Source of the DNA: Minisyncoccota bacterium
Lineage (GTDB): Bacteria; Patescibacteriota; Minisyncoccia; Phycocordibacterales; CSBR16-193
Assembly: GCA_040880645.1 (NCBI GenBank)
Contig: JBBDHZ010000266.1
Coordinates: 1 to 62,917, forward strand
Direction of reading: 5' to 3'
DNA length: 62,917 nucleotides
This document shows positions 1-8,059 of this stretch, in pieces; the stretch's first letter is position 1, and each line of letters opens with the position of its first letter. The position numbers and the translations under genes are program-made. The notes beneath the pieces are model-generated. The model saw only the letters and a program-made list of their open reading frames with translations, did no database searches and was not told where the DNA came from.

Positions 1-238
1 GGGAAAGGCGGAACATGAGGGCCAGAGAACCCGACCAGAACCGCTCGATGACTTCACAGCGACAACTAAGAATTGTCTGGCCGCACCAACTCTTCAGCGA
101 GATTTGGCCCCGATCGTTCTTGGTGTAGCCGGTTACATGGCGACCGACGACAGACGCTCCGAGGGCTGAAAAATCTTGGCCTTGATGTTCGATAACGCCG
201 ACTTCGACCTGTCCGTTACGAATGCAGTGCGTGTGCAT
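1..238 (-). CDS. hypothetical protein, partial (runs off left edge)
   Basis: ATG at 238 on the minus strand (MHTHCIRNGQVEVGV...). I translated it by hand and it stays open to position 1. It is absent from the ORF track because no stop lies in the window. A motif copy sits 74 nt upstream. Confidence 0.35.
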   Translation of the reverse strand, partial: MHTHCIRNGQVEVGVIEHQGQDFSALGASVVGRHVTGYTKNDRGQISLKSWCGQTILSCRCEVIERFWSGSLALMFRLS

Positions 239-312
239 TGCTTTTCTCTGCTGGAGGAGCGTCAAGACTCGGCAAAGCACAGTGCCTCGCTCACAAGTCT
301 CGACTGTTCCCT

Positions 313-323
313 TAGCAGGTGCC
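313..323 (-). repeat. copy of iterated GGCACCYGCTA motif
   Basis: Plus-strand text TAGCAGGTGCC. It lies 74 nt upstream of the minus-strand ATG at 238. Confidence 0.85.
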
Positions 324-430
324 TCGGCCGTCGATGAGTCGATCTCCAAGACGCCTATGTCGTCGTTTGCGCACACAAAAAGCCCGCCCCGAAGGGCAGG
401 CTCATCAGTCGTGATGTTTCAGATTGCCAG

Positions 431-664
431 CTAGAGAACGCTGCCGAGTTCGCTTTTCTTCATCGTTTCCAGAGCTTCGGCGGCCAGCAATTGTTCGTTC
501 GTTAACAACGTCGGCCCCGAGCTTTCTGCGTCGGCGACCTCAAGGGCGTGCGCCAAGCTTTGCAGGCCCTCGATCGCCTTGTAGTAGCTGTCACGGATCT
601 CGTTGGCCTGCTCAGCCTCCATGCTGCTGAAAATTTCTCGCAGTTGCTTTTCGTTGGTGGTCAT
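431..664 (-). CDS. hypothetical small helical protein
   Basis: 77-aa ORF. Its start overlaps the stop of the upstream ORF by 4 nt (661..664), which suggests translational coupling. Confidence 0.55.
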   Translation of the reverse strand: MTTNEKQLREIFSSMEAEQANEIRDSYYKAIEGLQSLAHALEVADAESSGPTLLTNEQLLAAEALETMKKSELGSVL

Positions 665-945
665 CTTGCGGTCTCCGAAGGAAGCTTTGTCTGTCCGAGA
701 TGCTGTTGGATTTCCGTCAAGCGATCACAAATCATCCGAAGCGATCCGACGTGACCCCAGTTCAACCAATGAACATCTTCACCAGGTGCGGGAAGATCCC
801 ACAACTGCGCCCCGATCTCGTCCAGCAGTTGTACCGCCGTGGCGTGCAGTTGGGTGTACTCATCTTCGATCAGTTTTCGGTTTTCGTTGTTGTCGTTGGT
901 CATCTGTTCGATTCCGTTGTGTGGGATAAAAGCTCGACCAGTCAT
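661..945 (-). CDS. hypothetical protein
   Basis: 94-aa ORF with an alternative ATG at 903. A motif copy lies 55 nt upstream of 945. Confidence 0.55.
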   Translation of the reverse strand: MTGRAFIPHNGIEQMTNDNNENRKLIEDEYTQLHATAVQLLDEIGAQLWDLPAPGEDVHWLNWGHVGSLRMICDRLTEIQQHLGQTKLPSETAR

Positions 946-1000
946 CTTACCATCAGGATCTTCGTCGGCCTTCGCCAGCGAGTTTATCCCGCTCTTTGAC

Positions 1001-1011
1001 TAGCGGGTGCC
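1001..1011 (-). repeat. copy of iterated GGCACCYGCTA motif
   Basis: Plus-strand TAGCGGGTGCC, located between the 1088..1393 and 661..945 genes. Confidence 0.85.
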
Positions 1012-1087
1012 TCGTGACCAAAGTGGGAAGAACCGCATTGGTCACAAAAAGCAGCCGATCAAACCCGCAATTCCTGCTTTGATCTTA

Positions 1088-1393
1088 TCAGAGCGGAATC
1101 ACGGGATATTCCGCCTCTTCCCCACGCTGAAGCTTGTCGATGGCATCGAAAGCCGCCATCTCTCGTTCGAGCGTCATTCGTGTCAGGCTGCTGATCTTGC
1201 TGGCGAAGGTGATGCTGACTGGGTGGTTGAGAAGGTCATCCCCCGACACGCCGCTTTGCCAAAGAGCAAGTAAGTGGCGGTGAAAACAGCCGACGACCGC
1301 CACAAGATTACACGCATCTTGCACCTCGTTGGCGTCTGCGGCTGCTTTCTGAACGGCTTCGTCGCTGCCATTGGCGGTTGCGGTTCTGGTCAT
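1088..1393 (-). CDS. hypothetical protein
   Basis: Internal ATG at 1393 (MTRTATANG...) is preceded by GGAGAAACAGT. The longer track ORF (to 1522) would read through a motif copy. Confidence 0.55.
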   Translation of the reverse strand: MTRTATANGSDEAVQKAAADANEVQDACNLVAVVGCFHRHLLALWQSGVSGDDLLNHPVSITFASKISSLTRMTLEREMAAFDAIDKLQRGEEAEYPVIPL

Positions 1394-1439
1394 ACTGTTT
1401 CTCCTGAAAATGGGAAGGTGTACTGATCGTTCCCTTCGA

Positions 1440-1450
1440 TAGCGGGTGCC
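1440..1450 (-). repeat. copy of iterated GGCACCYGCTA motif
   Basis: Plus-strand TAGCGGGTGCC, 46 nt upstream of the ATG at 1393. Confidence 0.85.
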
Positions 1451-1533
1451 TGAAAACCGCACCCCACAACTGCTATTGGCAATCGCTGAAGAGACGATTA
1501 TCACGCTTCCTGACAGGGACACTGTCTAGAACG

Positions 1534-2025
1534 TCATTTGCTAGACACTTGACGCTTCAGATGCAGGAACACGGCTCTGACAACCTCGCCAGATTCCAAA
1601 TTTTGTAATCCGCTGGGGAAGCACTCCCTGACGGCAGCGTCGACCTGCTGATCCGAAACACTCAGGCCGAGGCAAGCCAGCGAGTCGATCAGATCGGCGA
1701 ACTCGTTGCTCCGCTTCGGTTTGGGCTTCGGCTTAGTCAGTCGCTTGGTCGGCTGATGTGGTAGCGGGTGCCTGCTCGTGTAGAACAAAACAGGCTCGCC
1801 GTTGATTCCGCAGTTCCGCCGTTTCACTTCCAGACAACTCTTTTGCGCCTCTTCATCAAAAAATGGACGGCGATTGGCCACCGAGTAGACAGGCGGCGGG
1901 AAAATGCCCTCGCCCATCAACTGGTAAAAACGAGCACGGCTGAGTCCGACCATGCGAGCCATTTCGCTCACGGAGACGGCGGATTTGGACGGTAATTGAA
2001 CAGTCATTTGACAGAAATCCTCCAA
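1534..2025 (-). CDS. excisionase/MerR-type helix-turn-helix DNA-binding protein
   Basis: The N-terminus VSVSEMARMVGLSRARFYQLMGEGIFPPP fits the HTH_17/AlpA-excisionase pattern. A basic KPKPKPKR linker follows. Confidence 0.6.
   Translation of the reverse strand: MEDFCQMTVQLPSKSAVSVSEMARMVGLSRARFYQLMGEGIFPPPVYSVANRRPFFDEEAQKSCLEVKRRNCGINGEPVLFYTSRHPLPHQPTKRLTKPKPKPKRSNEFADLIDSLACLGLSVSDQQVDAAVRECFPSGLQNLESGEVVRAVFLHLKRQVSSK
1762..1772 (-). repeat. copy of iterated GGCACCYGCTA motif (intragenic)
   Basis: Plus-strand TAGCGGGTGCC inside ORF 1534..2025, read there as ..RHPLP.. Confidence 0.8.
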
Positions 2026-2055
2026 GAATTAGACGGTTGGTTGCTGATGTCGCAC

Positions 2056-2066
2056 TAGCGGGTGCC
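2056..2066 (-). repeat. copy of iterated GGCACCYGCTA motif
   Basis: Plus-strand TAGCGGGTGCC, 30 nt upstream of the start at 2025. Confidence 0.85.
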
Positions 2067-2100
2067 TCTCCGTCGAATTGAGACAGGAACGGAACGACAA

Positions 2101-3048
2101 TTAGTCAGCGATCGGACAGGAATTCGACAGGTGTTCGTGTCCCGAAACGGTCAAACATCGCCGTCCTTGGTCGTCCTTGCAAATCAAGCCGACTCGAACC
2201 AAAAAGCTCTCGATGACCTCGCTGACCGTTCGTGACGGCAGGCCGATCCGACTGGCAATCACGTTCAATCGGGTCGGTCCCTCGGAAACAATCCGAAGGT
2301 ACTGTTGCTCGCTTGGACCAAGCCCGAGTTCATCGAGTTGCTCCAACTCACATGCTTTTAGCAGGTGCCCTTTGGTGATCGTGTTCTCGCCTTGGCTGCG
2401 ACAGCAACGGAAGCAACTCTGCAAGAGCCGAAGCCCCAAGCGTGGCGTTCCACGAGATCGTTTGGCAATCTCTGGAAGGATCTCTTCGTGAACATCCCAG
2501 CACAGGGATCGCACACGATTGAGCAATAATGTCGTCAACTCCTTGTCGCTGTAATAGCCGAAACGCAGCAACATGCAGCGATCCGATAACGGTCTCGGAA
2601 CGAGGTATTCCTCCGTCGTGCTGAGCAGCAACGTGAAGTCGGACAGTGGCAAACTTTGCGGCGACTTCCGTTTTCCTGACAAGACGATCTTGCCTTGGTC
2701 GAGAGCAAGGAGCAGCGTGACGAAGACATCTTTTGGTGCGGCGTGAACTTCGTCGATGTACACGCAATCCCTGTCTTGAGCACTGAGTAAGAGTGCAAAC
2801 AGGTCGCTTGTGTTGGTCAACGTGCTGCCGAGTACCTCATGCGGGTCGCTCGCCATCTCGGCACAAATCGTGTGGCAAAGTTGGGTCTTGCCGACTCCGG
2901 GAGGACCAACCATCAGCGAGTTTGGAAACTTTTGCCCGTCCATCTGGCACGCATCGAGCGCCACACGGACTTGGTTCAGCACTGATGACTGACCGACCAT
3001 TCGGCTCAGTGATGTTGGTCGCACGTCATTCACGTCGTGATTCGACAT
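2101..3048 (-). CDS. RuvB-like AAA+ ATPase (Holliday-junction helicase family paralog)
   Basis: RPTSLSRMVGQ, Walker A GPPGVGKTQL, Walker B VYIDEVHA, RSRGTPRLGLRLL and a C-terminal winged-helix region (GLGPSEQQYL) are colinear with RuvB. Confidence 0.85.
   Translation of the reverse strand: MSNHDVNDVRPTSLSRMVGQSSVLNQVRVALDACQMDGQKFPNSLMVGPPGVGKTQLCHTICAEMASDPHEVLGSTLTNTSDLFALLLSAQDRDCVYIDEVHAAPKDVFVTLLLALDQGKIVLSGKRKSPQSLPLSDFTLLLSTTEEYLVPRPLSDRCMLLRFGYYSDKELTTLLLNRVRSLCWDVHEEILPEIAKRSRGTPRLGLRLLQSCFRCCRSQGENTITKGHLLKACELEQLDELGLGPSEQQYLRIVSEGPTRLNVIASRIGLPSRTVSEVIESFLVRVGLICKDDQGRRCLTVSGHEHLSNSCPIAD
2359..2369 (-). repeat. copy of iterated GGCACCYGCTA motif (intragenic)
   Basis: Plus-strand TAGCAGGTGCC inside the RuvB-like gene. 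Confidence 0.8.
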
Positions 3049-3089
3049 TGTTTACTCCTGTTGCAAAAGTTGGACTGGTGTTGCTTGCC

Positions 3090-3100
3090 TAGCAGGTGCC
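3090..3100 (-). repeat. copy of iterated GGCACCYGCTA motif
   Basis: Plus-strand TAGCAGGTGCC, 41 nt upstream of the RuvB-like start at 3048. Confidence 0.85.
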
Positions 3101-3105
3101 TCACT

Positions 3106-3726
3106 TCAGCAAGCGGGCTCGATCTCTTCGAAGCCAAGTGCGTCGAAAGCGGCTCGAAGGTCGTCTTCATCGGGCCAGCCGCCTTGGTCGTCGGTGTTGT
3201 CCAGAGCATTGGGGCGGTTGTCGCTTAGCCATTGGCAAACGTCGTCGCTCCAGTCGTCTGGCAACTCGTATTCGTCGGCGATGCCAGCAGCGGCAAGGGG
3301 GATGTTCTCGTAGGTGGCTTTGAGGTCGAGTTCGCCGTAGTGGTGCTCGCAAAGGATTGGGTATATTGCCATGCGTTCGAGCAAGCCGTGAAGAACCTTG
3401 AACGCTTGCGTGATTTCGCCATCACGATAGACTCGCACCGACCATCCCCGAATCCACCCGACCGCCCAGTGAGAATGATCCTCTTCGATCACATCAGAAT
3501 CGTCTGTGTCGGCGTCGATGAACGGCTTCAATGCCTCGGCGATTTGCTGTGCATTGCTTTGATCGAGCAAGCCCGACTCACGATTGTGTGAGTAATAGAT
3601 GCACCAGTCTTCAGGGCGGTCGAGTTCACTTGCTCGAAACCAGGCGAACGAGTCCCATCGTTGCCAGTTGCCCGCCGCTTCCGTTGCCGCATCATCCAGT
3701 TCGAGTTCGCCAAGTCGATTACTCAT
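3106..3726 (-). CDS. highly acidic hypothetical protein (possible anti-restriction / DNA-mimic type)
   Basis: 206-aa ORF that is visibly rich in D/E (DADTDDSDVIEEDHSHW, ELPDDWSDD, DNTDDQGGWPDEDD). It sits between the RuvB-like and ArdC genes. Confidence 0.65.
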   Translation of the reverse strand: MSNRLGELELDDAATEAAGNWQRWDSFAWFRASELDRPEDWCIYYSHNRESGLLDQSNAQQIAEALKPFIDADTDDSDVIEEDHSHWAVGWIRGWSVRVYRDGEITQAFKVLHGLLERMAIYPILCEHHYGELDLKATYENIPLAAAGIADEYELPDDWSDDVCQWLSDNRPNALDNTDDQGGWPDEDDLRAAFDALGFEEIEPAC

Positions 3727-3769
3727 TTTGTCTCTCCGTCAGAGGTTGAGTGGTTGTCTGTCTGACGGA

Positions 3770-4069
3770 CTAGCAGGTGCCTTTGTTGTTATTGGGCAAA
3801 ACTCGAAAAACGTAGAAAGCAACCAATGCCATTACATCCGTCGTGGGACAGTCGCTCTGCATGAGGCGCCGCCAAGCATCGCCAGTCGCTTCGTTGTTGC
3901 GTCCCATACGCCGCCAAATTTGAAAAGCCATCAGTGCATGGTCGGCGCAATCGAACATCTCGCCGGACATCGTGCGAGCAGAAAGCTGTTCAGAATTACG
4001 GATGAGGGCCAGCATCGGTCGAAGGGCATCACGTTCATCGGCGGTGATCTTTCCGGAGAGGTGGTGCAT
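3770..4069 (-). CDS. hypothetical protein
   Basis: 99-aa ORF in the same-strand cluster, ending ..KGTC-TAG within the motif. Confidence 0.55.
   Translation of the reverse strand: MHHLSGKITADERDALRPMLALIRNSEQLSARTMSGEMFDCADHALMAFQIWRRMGRNNEATGDAWRRLMQSDCPTTDVMALVAFYVFRVLPNNNKGTC
3771..3781 (-). repeat. copy of iterated GGCACCYGCTA motif
   Basis: Plus-strand TAGCAGGTGCC, 44 nt upstream of the start at 3726. The TAG stop of ORF 3770..4069 overlaps its end. Confidence 0.85.
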
Positions 4070-4078
4070 AGCTAACTT

Positions 4079-4264
4079 TCATTTTTGTAGGAAAGTTGGA
4101 ATAAAAACCGAGTGAGCCGCCCGCTGGCGATCCACACCGAAGCTTCGAGGCTTCGCTTTTGCCAGTGGGGGTCGGCGGTTGCTGGCCAGTCCAAGCCGAC
4201 GATCCTGCTGGTTGCGGAGCGTCAAAGCCCGAGCGTCGATGAGATCACGCTTCGGGCGGCTCAA
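4079..4264 (-). CDS. small basic hypothetical protein
   Basis: 61-aa ORF that fills the gap between neighbouring genes. A motif copy lies 28 nt upstream of its ATG. Confidence 0.4.
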   Translation of the reverse strand: MSRPKRDLIDARALTLRNQQDRRLGLASNRRPPLAKAKPRSFGVDRQRAAHSVFIPTFLQK

Positions 4265-4291
4265 CTCGGTCGTCCCGATCAGGACACTTTC

Positions 4292-5197
4292 CTAGCGGGT
4301 GCCTACTTCGTCGGCGACGGGCTGCTCTTCCTGCGTGCGGACGTGCGACATAAGGAATTCAGCCGCTTTCGATGCCGTCGCCGAAGCTTTGAAAACAAAC
4401 TTCGTGTCAGCCTTCATTGCTTTGAGCCAATGGTCGATGTAGGAGGCGCAACTTTCGACGTTCTGGCTGGTCGGCAGACCCAGTTCAGCAAGGAGAAAAC
4501 TCGCTCCCAAGTCAGCCACCATTTCACCAAGGGCGTAGGCGTTTTCGACCTTGGTGCGGTCGAATCCGATCCGCTTTTCTGACCAGTGGACAAGCTCGTG
4601 CATCAGCGTCTCGTAATACGCTTCACTCGACTCGAACTGTCCACGGCGTGGCATCTGGATGCGGTCTTGGGTCGGCGAATAAAACGCCCGATTTCCACCG
4701 TGCCGAAGATCGACACCAGTGGCTTTAACCAACCGCTCAGCCGCTTCGAGCCGCTCAAAGATTGTGTCGGTTGGCTGCGTATTGCCGATGCGGTATTGGT
4801 CAAGCCCCGTCGTTTGCTCAACCGAGAAAACCGAGAATTGACGCATAAGAAAGAAGCTGAGGTCAGCAGTTTCGCCATTATCGAGCTTTTCCTCCCGCTT
4901 TATCGGCTTAAACAGCACAATCTTGACCGCCTTCTCGCCCTTTTTCACGCTCGCTCCAGCGTCCTTGATCTGCTTGAACGTGCCGAACCATTTGCTTTCG
5001 TATTGGTGCTTGATTGCGAGGACTTGCAAAAGCAGTTGATTGATCCCGTTGTACGGCTTGCCGGTGCTGAGCGAGGTCGCCAGCCCAAGGGCGTTCGGGT
5101 CGGTGGCCCACGGTTTTCGCCATGCGGGCAAGCCGCCTTGCTCGAGCGACTCGATGATGGTCTGGGTGATGGACTCACGGATCTGTGTAGCGTTCAT
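4292..5197 (-). CDS. ardC: ArdC-like antirestriction protein (N-terminal ssDNA-binding DUF1738 + C-terminal zincin metalloprotease)
   Basis: LPAWRKPW, GKPYNGINQLLL, KKGEKA and FSVFSVEQ in the N-terminal half. HELVHWS...YALGEMVADLGASFL..YIDHWL in the C-terminal half. Confidence 0.9.
   Translation of the reverse strand: MNATQIRESITQTIIESLEQGGLPAWRKPWATDPNALGLATSLSTGKPYNGINQLLLQVLAIKHQYESKWFGTFKQIKDAGASVKKGEKAVKIVLFKPIKREEKLDNGETADLSFFLMRQFSVFSVEQTTGLDQYRIGNTQPTDTIFERLEAAERLVKATGVDLRHGGNRAFYSPTQDRIQMPRRGQFESSEAYYETLMHELVHWSEKRIGFDRTKVENAYALGEMVADLGASFLLAELGLPTSQNVESCASYIDHWLKAMKADTKFVFKASATASKAAEFLMSHVRTQEEQPVADEVGTR
4293..4303 (-). repeat. copy of iterated GGCACCYGCTA motif
   Basis: Plus-strand TAGCGGGTGCC. 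The ArdC-like ORF ends ..GTR-TAG inside it. Confidence 0.85.
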
Positions 5198-5237
5198 GTC
5201 GTCGTCTCCATTTGAGGAAGTGATGAGAACGACTGAC

Positions 5238-5248
5238 TAGCGGGTGCC
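5238..5248 (-). repeat. copy of iterated GGCACCYGCTA motif
   Basis: Plus-strand TAGCGGGTGCC, 40 nt upstream of the ArdC start at 5197. Confidence 0.85.
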
Positions 5249-5368
5249 TCTTTGGGAATGCATGTGGAAAGAAACGACGGCTAGGATCGCTGGGAAGTTC
5301 CAAGAAAAGGTGGAACGATCACAGCAGGATCTTCGCAAGTGAATGACAGGAGCGCTGCCACAGGCAGA

Positions 5369-5379
5369 GGCACCTGCTA
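5369..5379 (+). repeat. inverted copy of iterated GGCACCYGCTA motif
   Basis: Plus-strand text GGCACCTGCTA. This is the only copy in the opposite orientation, ~120 bp from the copy at 5238. Confidence 0.8.
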
Positions 5380-5767
5380 GTTGAACAGTCATCACCAGCG
5401 ATGCCACGAAGAATCCTAGGCGAGTAGTGGCATAGCCGTGAGATTTCGACAACCCTGCGCAGTGTGTGTAGCGAGTTGGTGATGGCTTTCTTTGCTGACC
5501 AGCAATTTCCAAGGGATATGGTTGGGGGCGAAAAGGTAGCGCACCCGTCCGTTCGCCACCTTTTCTCGCTAGCGTGATTCCCATAATTTCGGGCGCAAAC
5601 CATTCAAACGAAGAGGACGACATGGCCGAACGAACGAAGAAAGAGCTTTTTCATGCGGCGGCAGGAAGGGAGCAGGATTGTTGTCTTATTTGCAAAAACC
5701 TAGGTTCCTTTTGCCGACGTGATCAGGCGGATCAGTCGGACTGGGTTAAAGTAATTGAAAAGTTGAG

Positions 5768-5796
5768 ACCGCCCGTGACCACAAATCACGGGCGGT
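5768..5796 (-). terminator. hairpin terminator candidate
   Basis: ACCGCCCGTGA-7 nt-TCACGGGCGGT gives an 11-bp perfect stem overlapping the stop of gene 5786..6001. T-rich tracts follow on both strands. Confidence 0.55.
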
Positions 5797-6001
5797 TGTC
5801 TTTTGCCCATTGCTCGGTCAGAGCATTCAGGCTGTCCTTGCTGAAATACCGACGTTTTCCGAGCTGGATCTCTGGGGCAGGCAATCGGCCAGCAGTGATT
5901 TCCCAATGCAGTTTGCGAACAGAAACCCCGACTTGCCGGGCTGCCTCTGAGACGTTGAAAAGTTTAAGAACGGTTCTCCGTTCAGTTGCTGTAACGTTCA
6001 T
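5786..6001 (-). CDS. AlpA/excisionase-type HTH DNA-binding protein
   Basis: ATG at 6001 is preceded by GGAGG. The sequence LFNVSEAARQVGVSVRKLHWEITAGRLPAPEIQLGKRRYF fits HTH_17. Confidence 0.7.
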   Translation of the reverse strand: MNVTATERRTVLKLFNVSEAARQVGVSVRKLHWEITAGRLPAPEIQLGKRRYFSKDSLNALTEQWAKDNRP

Positions 6002-6082
6002 GTTTTTTCCTCCGAGAAAAATGTTCTCCTTGTAGTAGTGTTGTCGCCGCAACGTTTGCGGCGGTTCTTGCGGGAAAAGCTT

Positions 6083-6658
6083 CTAGAAACCTTCGGCTCG
6101 CCAGTCGAAGCTCTTGATGCTTCCGACGCTGATCGGCTCCGGCCCGTCGATACTACGGTAAACGGCCAGCACCGCATCCATCATTCGGCGATCCAGCACG
6201 ATGTCGCCGTTGGCAATCGCTTCTTCTATCCTGTGAAGCTCTACATGCCCACGTAGCAGCAGTTCTCGGCTTTCTTCAAGCTGATCCTCCAACCTGGGCC
6301 GAATCGCCCAGCCGTAAGCGAAATCTGGCTTCCACCAGCCTTTTCCATGGCTGACAAATTCACCTGCTTCCAATTGTTCTCGTGACAGGTAGGTCTGCTT
6401 CTGGTCGTCGTAATGTGGTGCGAGACGAACTTGCTTTGCTGTCTGCTTGGTGACGGTTCGTGGCCTAGCGTAGCCATGTTCGTCATTTTGTCTCCACTCG
6501 TAGACAACCGTGTCGTCCAGTTTCGAAAGCAGTTGCTTGTCATTCTGGTACCGTGCTTCAGCCTCTTTGGCCCGGCGTCTTGCATCGGCAAGTTCTTTTT
6601 GGGGCGTGGTTGCGGGGTCGTATCCCACTAATCGTTGTGCAATTTCCAGTAAATCCAT
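6083..6658 (-). CDS. hypothetical protein
   Basis: ATG at 6658 (MDLLEIAQRL...) is preceded by AAGGAG. The longer track ORF overlaps the divergent EEP gene. Confidence 0.6.
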   Translation of the reverse strand: MDLLEIAQRLVGYDPATTPQKELADARRRAKEAEARYQNDKQLLSKLDDTVVYEWRQNDEHGYARPRTVTKQTAKQVRLAPHYDDQKQTYLSREQLEAGEFVSHGKGWWKPDFAYGWAIRPRLEDQLEESRELLLRGHVELHRIEEAIANGDIVLDRRMMDAVLAVYRSIDGPEPISVGSIKSFDWRAEGF

Positions 6659-6845
6659 TTTCTTTCTCCTTGGAGTTCGGGTTCTCTGGTAAATGAGTGT
6701 CGCTGCCGCAATTTCCGTAGCGGATTTTTCATTTTCCGAATAAATCTTTCTCTCCGGTTCGAAGACGGCTTGGCGGCTCGATGGACTGAGGGAACTCAGC
6801 GTGCGACAATGGCCGACCCCAACACCACGAGAAGGAAGGTCAGCC

Positions 6846-7709
6846 ATGACTGTTTCACGTCGCCAATTCTGCACTGCACTCGGTGCCGCTGGACTCTCAG
6901 CGGTGGCGCATCCAGGCTTTGCCGAAAATCACGAGTCGCAACCACTTCGAGTGATTGCCTACAATGTCTACGCCTGCACTGGTTGGCCGAAAGACCGACC
7001 GCTTGCGAAGAATGCAGTTGAGAAAGGCCAGATGGCCAAGCGGCTTGCGATGGAACTCGCCCTCTACGATCCCGACATCGTTAACTTCTCGGAATCGCCG
7101 AGCGAAGCGGTCGCCAAAGAGGTCGCCGAACATCTCGGCATGAATCACGTTCGTTTCCCAAGTGGCGGGAACTGGCCGGGAACACTGCTGAGCCGTTTTG
7201 AGATTACTGATTCGCAGAACGTTCGCCTTTGGAATGAACGTCCCAAAGACCTGTTTACTCGCCATTGGGGACGTGGGACGATCAAGTTGCCGAGTGGCGA
7301 GTCGCTGATCGTCCACTCTGCTCATCTGTATCCGGGTGCTGATCCAGCAATCCGATTGAAGGAGATAAAGGCAATGCTGGTGGCGATGAAGGATGACCTC
7401 GATTCTGGTCATTCCATGTTGCTGATCGGCGACCTCAACCATGGACCTGACAGCGAAGAATACAAACTTTGGATCGACGCTGGCTGGATCGACACGTTCG
7501 CCAAGGTTGGGAAAGGGAAGGGGTTGACGATCAAGGCCGACAATCCTGAGTGGCGGATTGATTACGTGATGGCGGCTGGCCCAATTGCGAAACGTGTCGT
7601 CGAATCGAGACCGCTTTTCGAGGGAGCGTTCCGTCTGAACATCGCTGACCCGAAGGCGTTTGCTCTGAGCGATCATCTTCCACAATTGGCGGTCTTCGAA
7701 TCCGAGTGA
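6846..7709 (+). CDS. secreted endonuclease/exonuclease/phosphatase (EEP) family protein
   Basis: Tat-like signal MTVSRRQFCTALGAAGLSAVA. EEP motifs are LRVIAYNV, DIVNFSE, LIGDLNH and SDHLPQLAVF. Confidence 0.85.
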   Translation: MTVSRRQFCTALGAAGLSAVAHPGFAENHESQPLRVIAYNVYACTGWPKDRPLAKNAVEKGQMAKRLAMELALYDPDIVNFSESPSEAVAKEVAEHLGMNHVRFPSGGNWPGTLLSRFEITDSQNVRLWNERPKDLFTRHWGRGTIKLPSGESLIVHSAHLYPGADPAIRLKEIKAMLVAMKDDLDSGHSMLLIGDLNHGPDSEEYKLWIDAGWIDTFAKVGKGKGLTIKADNPEWRIDYVMAAGPIAKRVVESRPLFEGAFRLNIADPKAFALSDHLPQLAVFESE

Positions 7710-7807
7710 GTCAGCTATCGATGTGGCGGCTGGGGTCGCTGGGCAGTTCCCCGGCACAATGAGAAACACCCGCTGCCCAGTGCCAGCACCTTCAACGGAG
7801 AAACCAC

Positions 7808-8014
7808 ATGGACGAGCGAACTAAGAAACAACTTTTCGATGCGACGGCAGGGCTTCTGCCTGTCGTCAGCTACGATGGCGCACAATACAGCTTCACCGGC
7901 AAGACGGGTGAGCGAGTTGACACTGGAGTGGCTGTCAGAGAATACGAACGGACAAGTGGATCACTTCCCCAGCGCATTTGGGTCGATGTTAAGGGCAATG
8001 TCTACTCCGAATGA
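7808..8014 (+). CDS. small hypothetical protein
   Basis: 68-aa ORF. Its first ~15 codons and upstream ~25 nt are repeated imperfectly at 5597-5665. Confidence 0.45.
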   Translation: MDERTKKQLFDATAGLLPVVSYDGAQYSFTGKTGERVDTGVAVREYERTSGSLPQRIWVDVKGNVYSE

Positions 8015-8059
8015 GCGTCCCAAGCCTCCACGCAGACACCAAGTCTTGAGGTTTCCCCG

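Noticed and set aside
5237-5623. 128-aa minus-strand ORF upstream of ardC
   Set aside because: It spans two oppositely oriented copies of the iterated motif and looks like a leader or promoter region. No RBS or motif supports coding.
7690-7712. GTCTTCGAATCCGAG resembling a tRNA T-arm
   Set aside because: It lies inside the 3' end of the EEP gene. No acceptor stem or anticodon arm can be drawn around it.
6897-7769. 290-aa minus-strand ORF
   Set aside because: It is antisense to the EEP-family gene, which has a Tat signal and EEP motifs.
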